Shown here: one piece after another, positions 47,335-55,827 of the stretch
How the letters are laid out: each line of letters begins with the position of its first letter
Numbering within the stretch: position 1 is the stretch's first letter
Assembly: GCA_965220395.1 (NCBI GenBank)
Contig: CBDCPT010000004.1
Span: 71,433-135,432, forward strand
DNA length: 64,000 nt
DNA from: Arenicellales bacterium
GTDB taxonomy: Bacteria; Pseudomonadota; Gammaproteobacteria; Arenicellales; JAJDZL01
Reading direction: 5' to 3'
Program-made: the position numbers and the translations under genes
The notes under the pieces: model-generated
What the model was told of the DNA's origin: nothing
Databases searched by the model: none
The model's input: only the letters and a program-made list of their open reading frames with translations

Positions 47335-49840
47335 CAATGGCATTCGTTTAGCAAAAAAAGCCATTCGTTTAACAGTTCGGTATTTTCCCAAGATTTGGAC
47401 GACCTGCAACTGATCAATCGTTCAGTTTTTTTAGGCCGCTCCAGTTCTTCGGTTGGCATTCCTGAACCGCTCATCCGGACGCTTTGAGATGCGCGGATAC
47501 GACCGTCCGGGACGTTCCTTTTGCAGACAATTGCCGATGCTGTGAAGAATGTTCGAGACCGCGCTCGAAGCCAGCTGCCAGTTGCCCAGCATCAGCGCTT
47601 CAAAGTTTCTCGCCACCGTCACCAGCACATTCTTGAAATTCGCACGCATCTTGGGTTGATCGACCGCAACGCCCGCATTCAGGTCGTCTTCCAACTGGTT
47701 GCCGAACGAGCGAGACAGCGCCAGCAGCACAAAATGAGCATACAGCTCCTGTTTCACGCCGCGCTCGGACTTGGCGTGAAATTGCTCGATTTCCAGCAAC
47801 CGCTTCGAGATTTTATACAATTCTTCAATACCCCAGCGACCGTGATATGCATCCGACAGTGCGGCGAGCGGAAACTGGTTTTGATCCAACAGCGTGGTCG
47901 CAAGACAGTACTCATTGCCACCGGCACTGTATCTGACACAGCGCACCCGCACCGGGTGCAGGATTTCACCCGGATGACGCCGACGCCAGTGCCGGGCGCG
48001 AGACGCGCTCGGCAAAACCTCAATGACGCGTTCATCCTCGCAGCCGTCAATGAACTCATCAAAGGCGCCGGCACTGCCACGCTTGAGGCGAAAAATACAG
48101 TCGATGCCGCGTATGGCATGCTGACGCAACAACTCGAACGAATAATAACCGCGGTCGTAGACCACCACTTCGCCAGCCCGGCACCATTTCAGATGCCTGA
48201 GCGCCGGCTGATGTTCGTCCAGGTGCGACAGCAACTCGAAATCCACTGGCATCCGGTCGCCCAGCCGGTACAGACAACTCACCAGGCCTTGCGGATAGTA
48301 ACTACCCTGGGAAGGCAGGGAATAGCCGGCTTCGAGCAGTGCCCGCGGCAAGTTGATTTTGCTGCCATCTACCGCCAGCAGTCGCCGGCCGCACCACTCG
48401 CGACGGGCATCCTCACCCAAGTGCTCATCCAAACGCGCCAGCACCTGCCGATAGACTGTTTTGAACGCCTGCTCATCGAGCTTGTGGCGGGCGGCACACA
48501 TCGAGGACGCCACTGGCGGCTGTGGCTGCGGCAGCTCCACACCCAGCAGCCGACTCTGATCCCACAGCTCGTTGACCGTGGTCTGATAGCCCTGATGATT
48601 CTTTGAAAACACCAGGCGGAACACAAACAGCATGATCAGCAACGTATTGAGCACCCGTGTTCGCTGCTGCCAGCGTCGATCATATTGCTCTGCCACCGCG
48701 GCTGCAATGCCGACAAAATCACGCCACATGCGCACAAACCGGTCATCGGCAGAACCGACCGACGGCTGCCGCGGTGCAACTCGCCGGGGCTTTTTGGCCT
48801 CACCTTCGAGCAGAATGCGACGCGCATCGGCCGCCAATGGCATCACATACACATCCTTGATGGTCTTGTCAGAGCGCTTGACGGTCTCGCCAATCCGCTG
48901 CCAGCCCGCCGCACGGTAACTGCTGGCGCTAAAACGCGCCGGGTCAACGAAGCTCTCCATCAGCACCGGCCGCACGCCCCATCTTGCCTGCCAGTCGTCT
49001 GCCACGCACCGCGCCGCCAGCGACAATGCCTTCGAGGCCAAGTTCGACACCTGCACCCAGGGCAAGATCAAGAACCGCGCATTTTGCACCACCTGCTTCA
49101 AACGCTTCTTGTAGCGCACCGGCTGCCAGCCGACCCATTCATCCCGGCACGGCAACTTCGCACTGGCCCGCTGAAACAGCAAACAACCCAGCCGCCGGTT
49201 GTCTTTGTCAACCATGAAATAACGCAAGTGACACCCCATCGGCTGACGGTAGCCCAGGTAATGATAACGATCCACCAGCTCGTTCCACTGCGCCTTGTCG
49301 GCCTCGCTCTCCACCAACTGCAACGCAATCGGCGACAGTTCCGACAAACTCGCCACCACCGCCGCACCCGGCTCACTTCGCTCGCTCCACTCCAGTGGTT
49401 TGCGTGCCCCCCGAACCATCGTCTCATCCTTGCCCGGCAAGCGCAGCACATCCGCAGCCTCCAATTCCTCCAGCATCTTCAAACACGCATAAGTGCTGTT
49501 GACACCGCCATCCGTTCGCCAATCCAAATGCTCACAGATCGTCTGCGCCAACTCCTTGCGACTTAAGCGCGGAAAACTCTCAACCGTCTGCTGCACCTCG
49601 ACCAATTGCTGGCGCGTGACGCGCCGCCCTGAAAAGGTCGTCCGATGCAATCGCTTGATGCTGTCGTCCATCGCGTGTTCTCCTGATGCGCTCAATGTTC
49701 ACTGTCATTTTCGCACAACCGGAGAGGGTTGTCAAGGGCTCAGGACAATTTTTTTACACTCAAAAATACATGATTGACATCAATGACTTGCAAAACTCAA
49801 CCGACGACGTGTACGGAATTTTTCAAAACGAATGCCATTG
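47335..49840 (-). mobile_element. IS4-family insertion sequence (2506 bp) with 15-bp terminal IRs and a 10-bp target-site duplication
   Basis: The IR is caatggcattcgttt at 47335-47349, equal to the reverse complement of 49826-49840. The direct duplication ggcgccgtac sits at 47325-47334 and 49841-49850. Removing the IS plus one duplicate restores ritA in frame (…AVAPY/RPIGNV…). Confidence 0.85.
47431..49695 (-). CDS. IS4-family DDE transposase with an N-terminal DUF4338 (DruA-like) domain
   Basis: 754 aa. The C-terminal half has LLAVDGSKI, VVVYDRGYYS and the Y-x2-R-x3-E-x6-K signature YHGRWGIEELYKISK. The N-terminal half has HYLGY...RDEWVGW...NARFLILPWV..SNLASKALS...MESFVD...YRAAGWQRIGET, which I recognise from memory as the DUF4338 pattern. 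Confidence 0.8.
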   Translation of the reverse strand: MSASGEHAMDDSIKRLHRTTFSGRRVTRQQLVEVQQTVESFPRLSRKELAQTICEHLDWRTDGGVNSTYACLKMLEELEAADVLRLPGKDETMVRGARKPLEWSERSEPGAAVVASLSELSPIALQLVESEADKAQWNELVDRYHYLGYRQPMGCHLRYFMVDKDNRRLGCLLFQRASAKLPCRDEWVGWQPVRYKKRLKQVVQNARFLILPWVQVSNLASKALSLAARCVADDWQARWGVRPVLMESFVDPARFSASSYRAAGWQRIGETVKRSDKTIKDVYVMPLAADARRILLEGEAKKPRRVAPRQPSVGSADDRFVRMWRDFVGIAAAVAEQYDRRWQQRTRVLNTLLIMLFVFRLVFSKNHQGYQTTVNELWDQSRLLGVELPQPQPPVASSMCAARHKLDEQAFKTVYRQVLARLDEHLGEDARREWCGRRLLAVDGSKINLPRALLEAGYSLPSQGSYYPQGLVSCLYRLGDRMPVDFELLSHLDEHQPALRHLKWCRAGEVVVYDRGYYSFELLRQHAIRGIDCIFRLKRGSAGAFDEFIDGCEDERVIEVLPSASRARHWRRRHPGEILHPVRVRCVRYSAGGNEYCLATTLLDQNQFPLAALSDAYHGRWGIEELYKISKRLLEIEQFHAKSERGVKQELYAHFVLLALSRSFGNQLEDDLNAGVAVDQPKMRANFKNVLVTVARNFEALMLGNWQLASSAVSNILHSIGNCLQKERPGRSYPRISKRPDERFRNANRRTGAA

Positions 49841-49850
49841 GGCGCCGTAC

Positions 49851-50111
49851 CGACCGATCGGCAACGTCTGCACGATCAGCAATATCGTCGCGAGGGCTTT
49901 GCGGCGCGCAGGCATTGAAAAAACCGGTCCCCGAGGCGCGCATCTTTTTCGTCACTCGGCGGCAACCGCCCTGCTTAGGGGTGGGGCGACACTTGATGAA
50001 ATTCAGACATTGCTGCGCCACCGGTCCTCGACAACGACCGCAATCTATGCCAAGGTTGACCGGCCCATGCTGGAAACGGTCGCACAGCCATGGCTAGGAG
50101 GTGGGCAATGA
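49851..50111 (+). pseudogene. ritA: ritA, 3-prime part (86 codons plus stop)
   Basis: RPIGNVCTISNIVARALRRAGIE...AHLFRHSAATALLRGGATLDEIQTLLRHRSSTTTAIYAKV carries the tyrosine-recombinase box II (H-x-x-R ... Y). It is in phase with the 5-prime part once the IS is removed. Confidence 0.8.
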
Positions 50112-51034
50112 CATTGCTGCGAGATGTTGAACGATTTGTTGCGTTCAAGCAGAAACTCGGTCTCAATTTTGCGACTGAATCGGGCCGGCTGCATGCCTTC
50201 GCCGTCTGGGCCATGAGCCAGGGCGATCGCCATGTTCTGGTGTCCAGTGCAGTGGTATGGGCGTCGCTGGCATCATCGCCGCGGGAAAAATGTGTGCGGC
50301 TGCGTTCAGTGCGCAAGCTGGCAGTGTGGCTGCATGCGGAAGATGACCGTCATGAAATTCCGAATCCGGACGCGCTCGGCCGGGTCAACATCGCGCGGCG
50401 ACCGACACCGCATCTGCTCAAGCCAGATGAGATCCGGCTGATTATGGATGCTGCACTTTGTCTGTCCCCCGCCGATTCGATCAATCGACATACCTATCAT
50501 TACAGTATCGGCCTGGTCGCTTCAACGGGATTGCGTGCATCAGAAGCCTGTTCGCTGAAACTGAGCGATCTGGTCCCGGACGGACTGAACATCAGGCGCA
50601 CCAAGTTCGGTAAAAGTCGACTGGTTGTCCTGCACCCGACCACCCGCCAGGCAATCGAACGCTATCTGGTTATCCGCGCCCGCTGCGCAGCCGCCAGCGA
50701 GCATTTGTTTGTCCTTTCGACAGGCAATGCGCTATACCCCGACTTGCTGACCCGAACGTTCATCAAGTTGGCCCGCAAAGTCGGGCTGCGTGGCGGCCCG
50801 AATGAGCCAGGAACTCGACTTCACGACCTGCGTCATGCCTTTGCCGTGCGCAGTCTCGAAGCCGCAATTGCCTCTGACCGCGACCGCGTCAGCCGCCACA
50901 TGCTCGCGTTGAGTACCTACATGGGGCACGTTGATGTGTCATCCACATACTGGTACCTTGAGGCGACACCCGTGCTGCTTCGCCAGATCGCGGATGTTGC
51001 GCAATCGGCACCCCGGGACGGGAGGGCTGAATGA
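50108..51034 (+). CDS. ritB: ritB tyrosine recombinase
   Basis: It has GLRASEACSLKLSDL, then HDLRHAFAV, then GHVDVSSTYWYL. I prefer ATG 50108, which has AGGAGG 6 nt upstream and an ATGA overlap with the ritA stop, over the track start 50090. Confidence 0.8.
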   Translation: MTLLRDVERFVAFKQKLGLNFATESGRLHAFAVWAMSQGDRHVLVSSAVVWASLASSPREKCVRLRSVRKLAVWLHAEDDRHEIPNPDALGRVNIARRPTPHLLKPDEIRLIMDAALCLSPADSINRHTYHYSIGLVASTGLRASEACSLKLSDLVPDGLNIRRTKFGKSRLVVLHPTTRQAIERYLVIRARCAAASEHLFVLSTGNALYPDLLTRTFIKLARKVGLRGGPNEPGTRLHDLRHAFAVRSLEAAIASDRDRVSRHMLALSTYMGHVDVSSTYWYLEATPVLLRQIADVAQSAPRDGRAE

Positions 51035-52035
51035 TGACTGATCTGGCTAAACATTTGGGGGCTTTCCTTAGGGAATATCTGCCGCGCGACAGCGGCGCCA
51101 GTCCGCATACGGTCTCCAGCTACGCCTTGTGCTTTAAGCTGTTCGTTGGATTTGTGTCCGAAAGACTCGACGTCAGGCCGTGTCTCTTAGAAACCGATGA
51201 TCTCGGCGTGGAGCTGATTCTGGACTTCCTCGAGCATCTGGAAAACGAATGCGGCAACAGCGTGCGTACTCGCAATAACCGCCTGGCCGCGATCAAGAGT
51301 TTTTTCCGCTATCTGGAATTTCGCGAAACACATCGCCTTGATCTGGCTGGGCAGGTACGCGCCATTCCGCTTAAGCGTGTCGACGAACCACTCATCGACA
51401 CATTGAGCCGCGAAGAGCTGACCGCGCTGCTGGACGCACCTCAGACGAACTCGTTCTCTGGCATCCGCGACCGGGCAATGCTTCATCTTACCTATGCCGC
51501 CGGACTGCGAGTGTCCGAACTGGTGGGTCTGACTCTGGACGATCTTCGCAAGCCGAATCTCGACACTGTGCATGTAATGGGCAAAGGACGCCGAATGCGG
51601 ATTATGCCACTGTGGAAAGAAACCAAGCCACTGCTTAGGCATTGGCTCGCGATTCGCCCCGACAGCGCCGATACACATTTTTTCTTGAATGCGCGTGCAA
51701 CAGCTATGACCCGGCAGGGGTTCAATCATCGCGTCGCCGTGCATCTTGAAACCGCACGCAAACAGCAGCCGTCTTTATCAAACAAGCGAGTTTCGCCGCA
51801 CACCCTGAGGCATGCCTGTGCGCTACATATCCTGGAAACTACAGGCGACATCCGCAAGGTGTCCCTGTGGTTGGGACATGCAAGCATCCAGAGCACCGAG
51901 ATTTACCTCAGGGTTGACCCGTCGGAAAAGCATGACATCATCGCTGCCGGCTTTCCTCCTGGCATTCGCAAGGGTTCCTTTAAAGATGCCCCAGACCGGC
52001 TAATCGCGATTCTGAGCGACATGGCAAGGCAATAA
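51031..52035 (+). CDS. ritC: ritC tyrosine recombinase (XerC/D-like)
   Basis: 334 aa with an N-terminal SAM-like domain (SPHTVSSYALCFKLF), then GLRVSELVGLTLDDL, HTLRHACALHIL and GHASIQSTEIYLRV. It has an ATGA overlap with ritB. Confidence 0.85.
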   Translation: MMTDLAKHLGAFLREYLPRDSGASPHTVSSYALCFKLFVGFVSERLDVRPCLLETDDLGVELILDFLEHLENECGNSVRTRNNRLAAIKSFFRYLEFRETHRLDLAGQVRAIPLKRVDEPLIDTLSREELTALLDAPQTNSFSGIRDRAMLHLTYAAGLRVSELVGLTLDDLRKPNLDTVHVMGKGRRMRIMPLWKETKPLLRHWLAIRPDSADTHFFLNARATAMTRQGFNHRVAVHLETARKQQPSLSNKRVSPHTLRHACALHILETTGDIRKVSLWLGHASIQSTEIYLRVDPSEKHDIIAAGFPPGIRKGSFKDAPDRLIAILSDMARQ

Positions 52036-52119
52036 TTATGTAAAGCGATTTGCCCGGAAGTTCTTGATTTTCGGGCAAATTCAAATCCGACTTTACATAA
52101 CAATAGACTTTACATAAAG
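52036..52119 (-). repeat. RIT right terminal inverted repeat (84 bp)
   Basis: Exact reverse complement of 45916-45999. Confidence 0.95.
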
Positions 52120-52148
52120 CGCTATATGTAAAGCTTTACATATAGCGC
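52119..52148. repeat. 30-bp perfect palindrome abutting the RIT right end
   Basis: gcgctatatgtaaag|ctttacatatagcgc. Its centre is an inverted pair of the same ATGTAAAG 8-mer that occurs three times in each RIT IR. Confidence 0.9.
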
Positions 52149-52582
52149 TCGATTTTCGCTTTCACTGCCGCAGGCATTCGGGCGGCAAGCAACGCTTCAA
52201 AATGAAATTTGGCTTTGTCGTCGTGCCCGGCTTCGAAATATGCTCTTGCCAACTCCAGTCTTACCCGAATCAGAAACGGCTGGTCAACTAGAATATCTTG
52301 GAATCACTCTGCGGCTTTATCCGGCATTCCCAGCATCATCTCGATTCGTCCAAGCATAAACAATCGTTCAATCTCCTCCTCTTGCAATTCGGGATGAAAC
52401 TGTTCCAACAACGCATATGCTTCCTCCAGTCGTTCCGATTTTATAAGCCATCGTGCTCTTGATAGATCGGATGAGACAACCGATGTTTCTTGCGCATTAA
52501 CTGGAAGAAAGCTAGTGACTACGAAGATTGCTGCAACGAAAGTTGAACACAAGCCATAACGCGATGACAAATTCAAGGACAT
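52136..52582 (-). pseudogene. Slam/DUF560-like protein, N-terminal signal peptide plus TPR part, with an in-frame TGA and truncated at the RIT junction
   Basis: The sequence runs MSLNLSSRYGLCSTFVAAIFVVTSFLPVNAQE...GMPDKAAE, then TGA (52304-52306), then FQDILVDQPFLIRVRLELARAYFEAGHDDKAKFHFEALLAARMPAAVKAKIERYM*. The final codons lie inside the 30-bp palindrome. Confidence 0.45.
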
Positions 52583-53115
52583 ACGGTTGAACAGTCAATC
52601 AAATAACTCACTCGAATCGGTATTGGAGTGGAGTCAACCCGGCATCCGGCAACGACCAATCGTGCAGGCTATCTGTCTGGATACTCTTGGCCGTTGATCG
52701 GAATATTTGCTTGAGAATTTGCAACTGGCAGCTCCTGCGTTCATTCATCACTGGAGGAACCAGCATGAATGGTTTGTTCAGCGCGGGGCAGCAATTCGAT
52801 TCCGCGATTCCTTCGCTTTGATGTGCAAGAACAGGAATTACGTCTCACTTGAGCAACGTCGAAACTAGCAAGAGTCGAATAAGCGAACCGATGCTTTCAC
52901 GTCCAATGTGCCCGTCTCGGGAACCGCAGTATTACCGCGAACGCTACGTTTGGGATTCCGCAACAGCAAAACCGCACATGCGATTGGATTGCAAACAATC
53001 ACCCAGGCAATTTGATGCGGAGATTTGCGGCGAGGACCGAATCGGTTGAGCGGGCGAACCATCAACGGACCTCGTAGACCGGTCCTCTTTATACGCGGCC
53101 GCTATTCGTTACAGA

Positions 53116-54561
53116 TCAATTTGAATCCAGCCACGTGCCGAATCCGCCAATCAAGTTCCAGTCTTCATCTTCAGTACCTTGGGAAATTCCCCAGGTTCCC
53201 CCGGCAGCCGGCGGCGCAGTATTTGGGATAACGGGATTTCCGAAGAACTGGCCACCCCATTTCCCACTCGCATCCTTGTTTGAAGTTGTTGAACCAGATT
53301 CAAAAACACCATCACTAGCACTAAATTGAGTTGCGCCGAGATTGACAACCAAGTCACGCAGACCACCGTTGTTGCCGAAAACATCGAGATGTTCGTCGCT
53401 CCCGTCCAATTGCTTAAAGCCATCGATTCGGCCCTCTACAGATTGCGTCCCGAAATTCACAGATAAGTTGACGTTGGCATTGAAGTCTATAAATTCAGGG
53501 TATCTTAAATTCGTTCGACTTTCAGAGTTACGCATACCGAATCCATGGGTATAGCCTAAGTAGGATGCCGAGCCTGGTAATGAAAGCGGAGCAACGACAT
53601 TCGGGCCGTCGGCAAATCCGCCTAGCACTGCTTCTAAATTCTGAAATTTAACAGCGCCATAATACCAGTAGCCCCACGATATGTATTCTAAATCGGTATT
53701 TCCTAAAAAACTTAGTAAGATTCCATTGTCCCCGTTGGCGTTGATGGAGTTGTCCGATATGTCGCTGTAAAAAAAATTGTGAAGTTTTTTGTCATCCGTG
53801 GAGCGCTCAAGATATCGGGAATCATCCTCCTTAGGTCTAAACAAATCTTGCGGATAATACTCCGTGCGTGCCGGCCTATTTTCGGTATCGAGAGGAGTAG
53901 TGTCCGGTATAGGGTATGCCCCGTACATATTCTCAAATCCTTGAGCCCTGAGGTAGTGGTACTCTCTCTCTTCTGCTTTTTTCCAATCTTCTTTGGTGAA
54001 GTGGTCGTTTATCCAATCGTCTGAGACTCCCCCATCAGCATTTGCCGTAACTGAAAGATATATCTTTCCTGACGGGGTCCTAACGTCGATCACTCCCGGA
54101 ACGGCGTTTGTCGTCAGTACGCTATTTTTAGCATCGTTTCTTGTAAGTGTTGCGACGAGATGCTTTCCGCCCAACCCATCGTCCCTGATTTCCAATTCGA
54201 ATTGATCCAGAGTCTTTCCCGAACCATCAACCCTGGAAGATTGTGTCACACTGCCACTTCTCGTTTCTGCCATTGCAGCACTGCGAGTGCTATCACTTGT
54301 AAGACCCTCATCGGTGGTGCGACGTGATGGGTTGACAGGCTCTAGGTCGTGAATGGAAATTGGCGGGATGCTTTTGCTGCCGCTGCCCCCCCCCCCGCAG
54401 GACGTGAGAAATATCACAAAGCATGCAACAAATGCACCGCTTATGAGTGAGTTTCTACGATACGAGGGGTGGGCAAGGGCGGGTACAGGGAACTGAATTC
54501 GGTACTGCCAAGTTGATTTGAATTCCGTAACAAACTCTTTGTGCTTTGTATGTTGTAACAT
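53116..54561 (-). CDS. Surface/outer-membrane lipoprotein with TbpB-like C-terminal beta-barrel domain (putative Slam substrate)
   Basis: 481 aa. The lipobox FLTSC is followed by a Gly/Ser linker. The C-terminal region (...SASYLGYTHGF...NLSVNFGTQSVEGRIDGF...SGKWGGQFFGN...AAGGTWGIS...LIGGFGTW) is typical of TbpB/fHbp-type handle-barrel lipoproteins. The gene lies upstream of the Slam-like relic on the same strand. Confidence 0.6.
   Translation of the reverse strand: MLQHTKHKEFVTEFKSTWQYRIQFPVPALAHPSYRRNSLISGAFVACFVIFLTSCGGGGSGSKSIPPISIHDLEPVNPSRRTTDEGLTSDSTRSAAMAETRSGSVTQSSRVDGSGKTLDQFELEIRDDGLGGKHLVATLTRNDAKNSVLTTNAVPGVIDVRTPSGKIYLSVTANADGGVSDDWINDHFTKEDWKKAEEREYHYLRAQGFENMYGAYPIPDTTPLDTENRPARTEYYPQDLFRPKEDDSRYLERSTDDKKLHNFFYSDISDNSINANGDNGILLSFLGNTDLEYISWGYWYYGAVKFQNLEAVLGGFADGPNVVAPLSLPGSASYLGYTHGFGMRNSESRTNLRYPEFIDFNANVNLSVNFGTQSVEGRIDGFKQLDGSDEHLDVFGNNGGLRDLVVNLGATQFSASDGVFESGSTTSNKDASGKWGGQFFGNPVIPNTAPPAAGGTWGISQGTEDEDWNLIGGFGTWLDSN
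54386..54396 (-). repeat. Homopolymeric G11 tract (C11 on the + strand) inside the lipoprotein gene
   Basis: Counted directly: cgctg-ccccccccccc-gcag. It encodes the GGGG run immediately after the lipobox Cys (TGC GGG GGG GGG GGC). The gene is currently in frame. Confidence 0.95.
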
Positions 54562-54882
54562 GTTAGCGTATTACTCCGGCTGTCTTGTTGTCTTGCTGAA
54601 AGATGTTTGAATATTGAATTATACATAACCTGTACCATTCGCTGAAGCCGTGACAAAGGCGGAGACTTTTCCGTTGGGCGTAATTTTACTGGCTATCGAG
54701 CGGAATGAGTCGGCATGAATATTGATTTTTCCGGGAAAACCGAATCCCAGCGCCAGATTTCGGCGCCACGGCTGTTTGCGCGGCAATAATCAGGCTGAAT
54801 GGGGCGATTCAGACAAATTGCGCTCGCGCCGAACGGTGCGCTGAATCGATTGTCTGGAATGTCGCCGCGCCAAGCGGCAGAA

Positions 54883-55827
54883 TCAGGCGGCCAGGTCTTT
54901 GACCAGTGATCTCATACGTTCAGGCTTGCCGCTCTGAATGGCAAAACAGGCTGCTGCCAGCATCACCGTCATGGACATCGAGATTCTAAGCGCCATGCGC
55001 TTTTGTCCGCGGATATAGTGATCCTCCATCAAGAATCCGTCTGCGATTCTGGAAAAGATCCGCTCACAGGCGGTTCTTTGTCTATACAGCCGTTTCCACT
55101 TGTAGGTCGAAGGTGGCAATGCACCGTAGTCTCGAAGGTGGTCCGGGTCCACTTTGACTCGCACCACTCGGGTCTTGGCGTCGATTCTGACATGGCCGCT
55201 TTTGTAGCATTCGGCTCGACCCTTGCACTCGAAATCGTTGACTGCAGCCGGACAAGCCCATTTCACAGTGCCACGCTTTTTCTCATAGCCCTGGTGATGC
55301 ATCAGTCGGATTTGCTTTGAGTGCGGACACTTGCAATACAGATCGCCACGTTCTGTTACCAGCATCGTGTCAATCACATTTTCGTCCAATGTGCGGGTCG
55401 GCACATCCAGCTGATCGGGATGCAGATTGATTTCGTCCCACAGATTGCGAGTGTCGATGACCGGCAAAATATCCGCTTCGAACAGTTGTCTGCGAAGTTT
55501 GTTGCTGTCAAGCCCGCGGTCGGCAACAAAGCTTTGACACCGATTCGACAAATCTGAATCGATAAACTCGGCGACCAAATTTTTACAGTGAGTATGCTCG
55601 GATTGTTTCGCCGTTGCCAGCTTGAATCCGAGCGGCAACTCGAAATTCACGTCGCTCAGGACGTGGAGGCTGTAGCCAAACCAGTATTTTTTGACTTGCT
55701 TCTGCTGGCCATTGGAACCGGTCGTATACTGTTTGTGACAGCCCCAGGTAGCGTCCGGGTCTGAGGTTTGTTGCTCGCCTGTGAGCGGGTCGGTTTTGTT
55801 CTTGGACTGAACGGTTCCGGAAAGTAT
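54883..55827 (-). pseudogene. DDE transposase (IS4/IS5/IS1182-like, DDE_Tnp_1 type), 5-prime truncated
   Basis: The open frame begins without a start: ...DPDATWGCHKQ...KKYWFGYSLHVLSDV (first D region), then FVADRGLDS (second D), a Cys-rich insert, and RTACERIFSRI...HYIRGQKRM (E region). The N-terminal DNA-binding part is absent. The track ORF 54883-55650 starts at an internal GTG. Confidence 0.6.

Larger units (their letters stand above)
45916..52119 (+). mobile_element. Recombinase-in-trio (RIT) element: three tandem tyrosine recombinase genes between perfect 84-bp inverted repeats, carrying a nested IS
   Basis: IR-L (45916-45999) is the exact reverse complement of IR-R (52036-52119), 84/84 by hand check. 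ORFs 45932 (+) and 52103 (-) also share an identical MLCKVGFEFARKSRTSGQIALH start. The ritA/ritB/ritC genes overlap (ATGA junctions), and ritC stops 1 nt before IR-R. Confidence 0.8.

Noticed and set aside
47521-49566. Long plus-strand ORFs (361 aa at 47521-48606 and 293 aa at 48685-49566, plus several shorter ones) inside the nested IS.
   Set aside because: They lie antisense to a 754-aa transposase with clear DDE/YREK motifs in a GC-rich segment, where spurious open frames are expected. The translations are Arg/Pro/His-rich low-complexity sequence with no motifs.
44406-52306. Possible TGA-to-Trp recoding (genetic code 4), or selenocysteine. Two otherwise continuous genes (vapC at 44406, the Slam-like gene at 52304) carry in-frame TGA where an aromatic residue would fit.
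   Set aside because: Many confident genes here terminate at TGA exactly at their expected C-termini: the PKS after the ACP, ritA, ritB, the DUF262 gene and AraC. Both affected genes also sit in a region full of other decay. Simple TGG-to-TGA nonsense mutations are the economical explanation. I noticed no SECIS-like hairpin.
52583-53115. A 530-bp gap between the lipoprotein gene and the Slam-like gene. I examined it in all frames for a decayed third gene or an RNA.
   Set aside because: There are only short ORFs without recognisable similarity. One weak 5-bp hairpin (ggacc…ggtcc, about 53068-53087) has no U-tract. I could not support any call.
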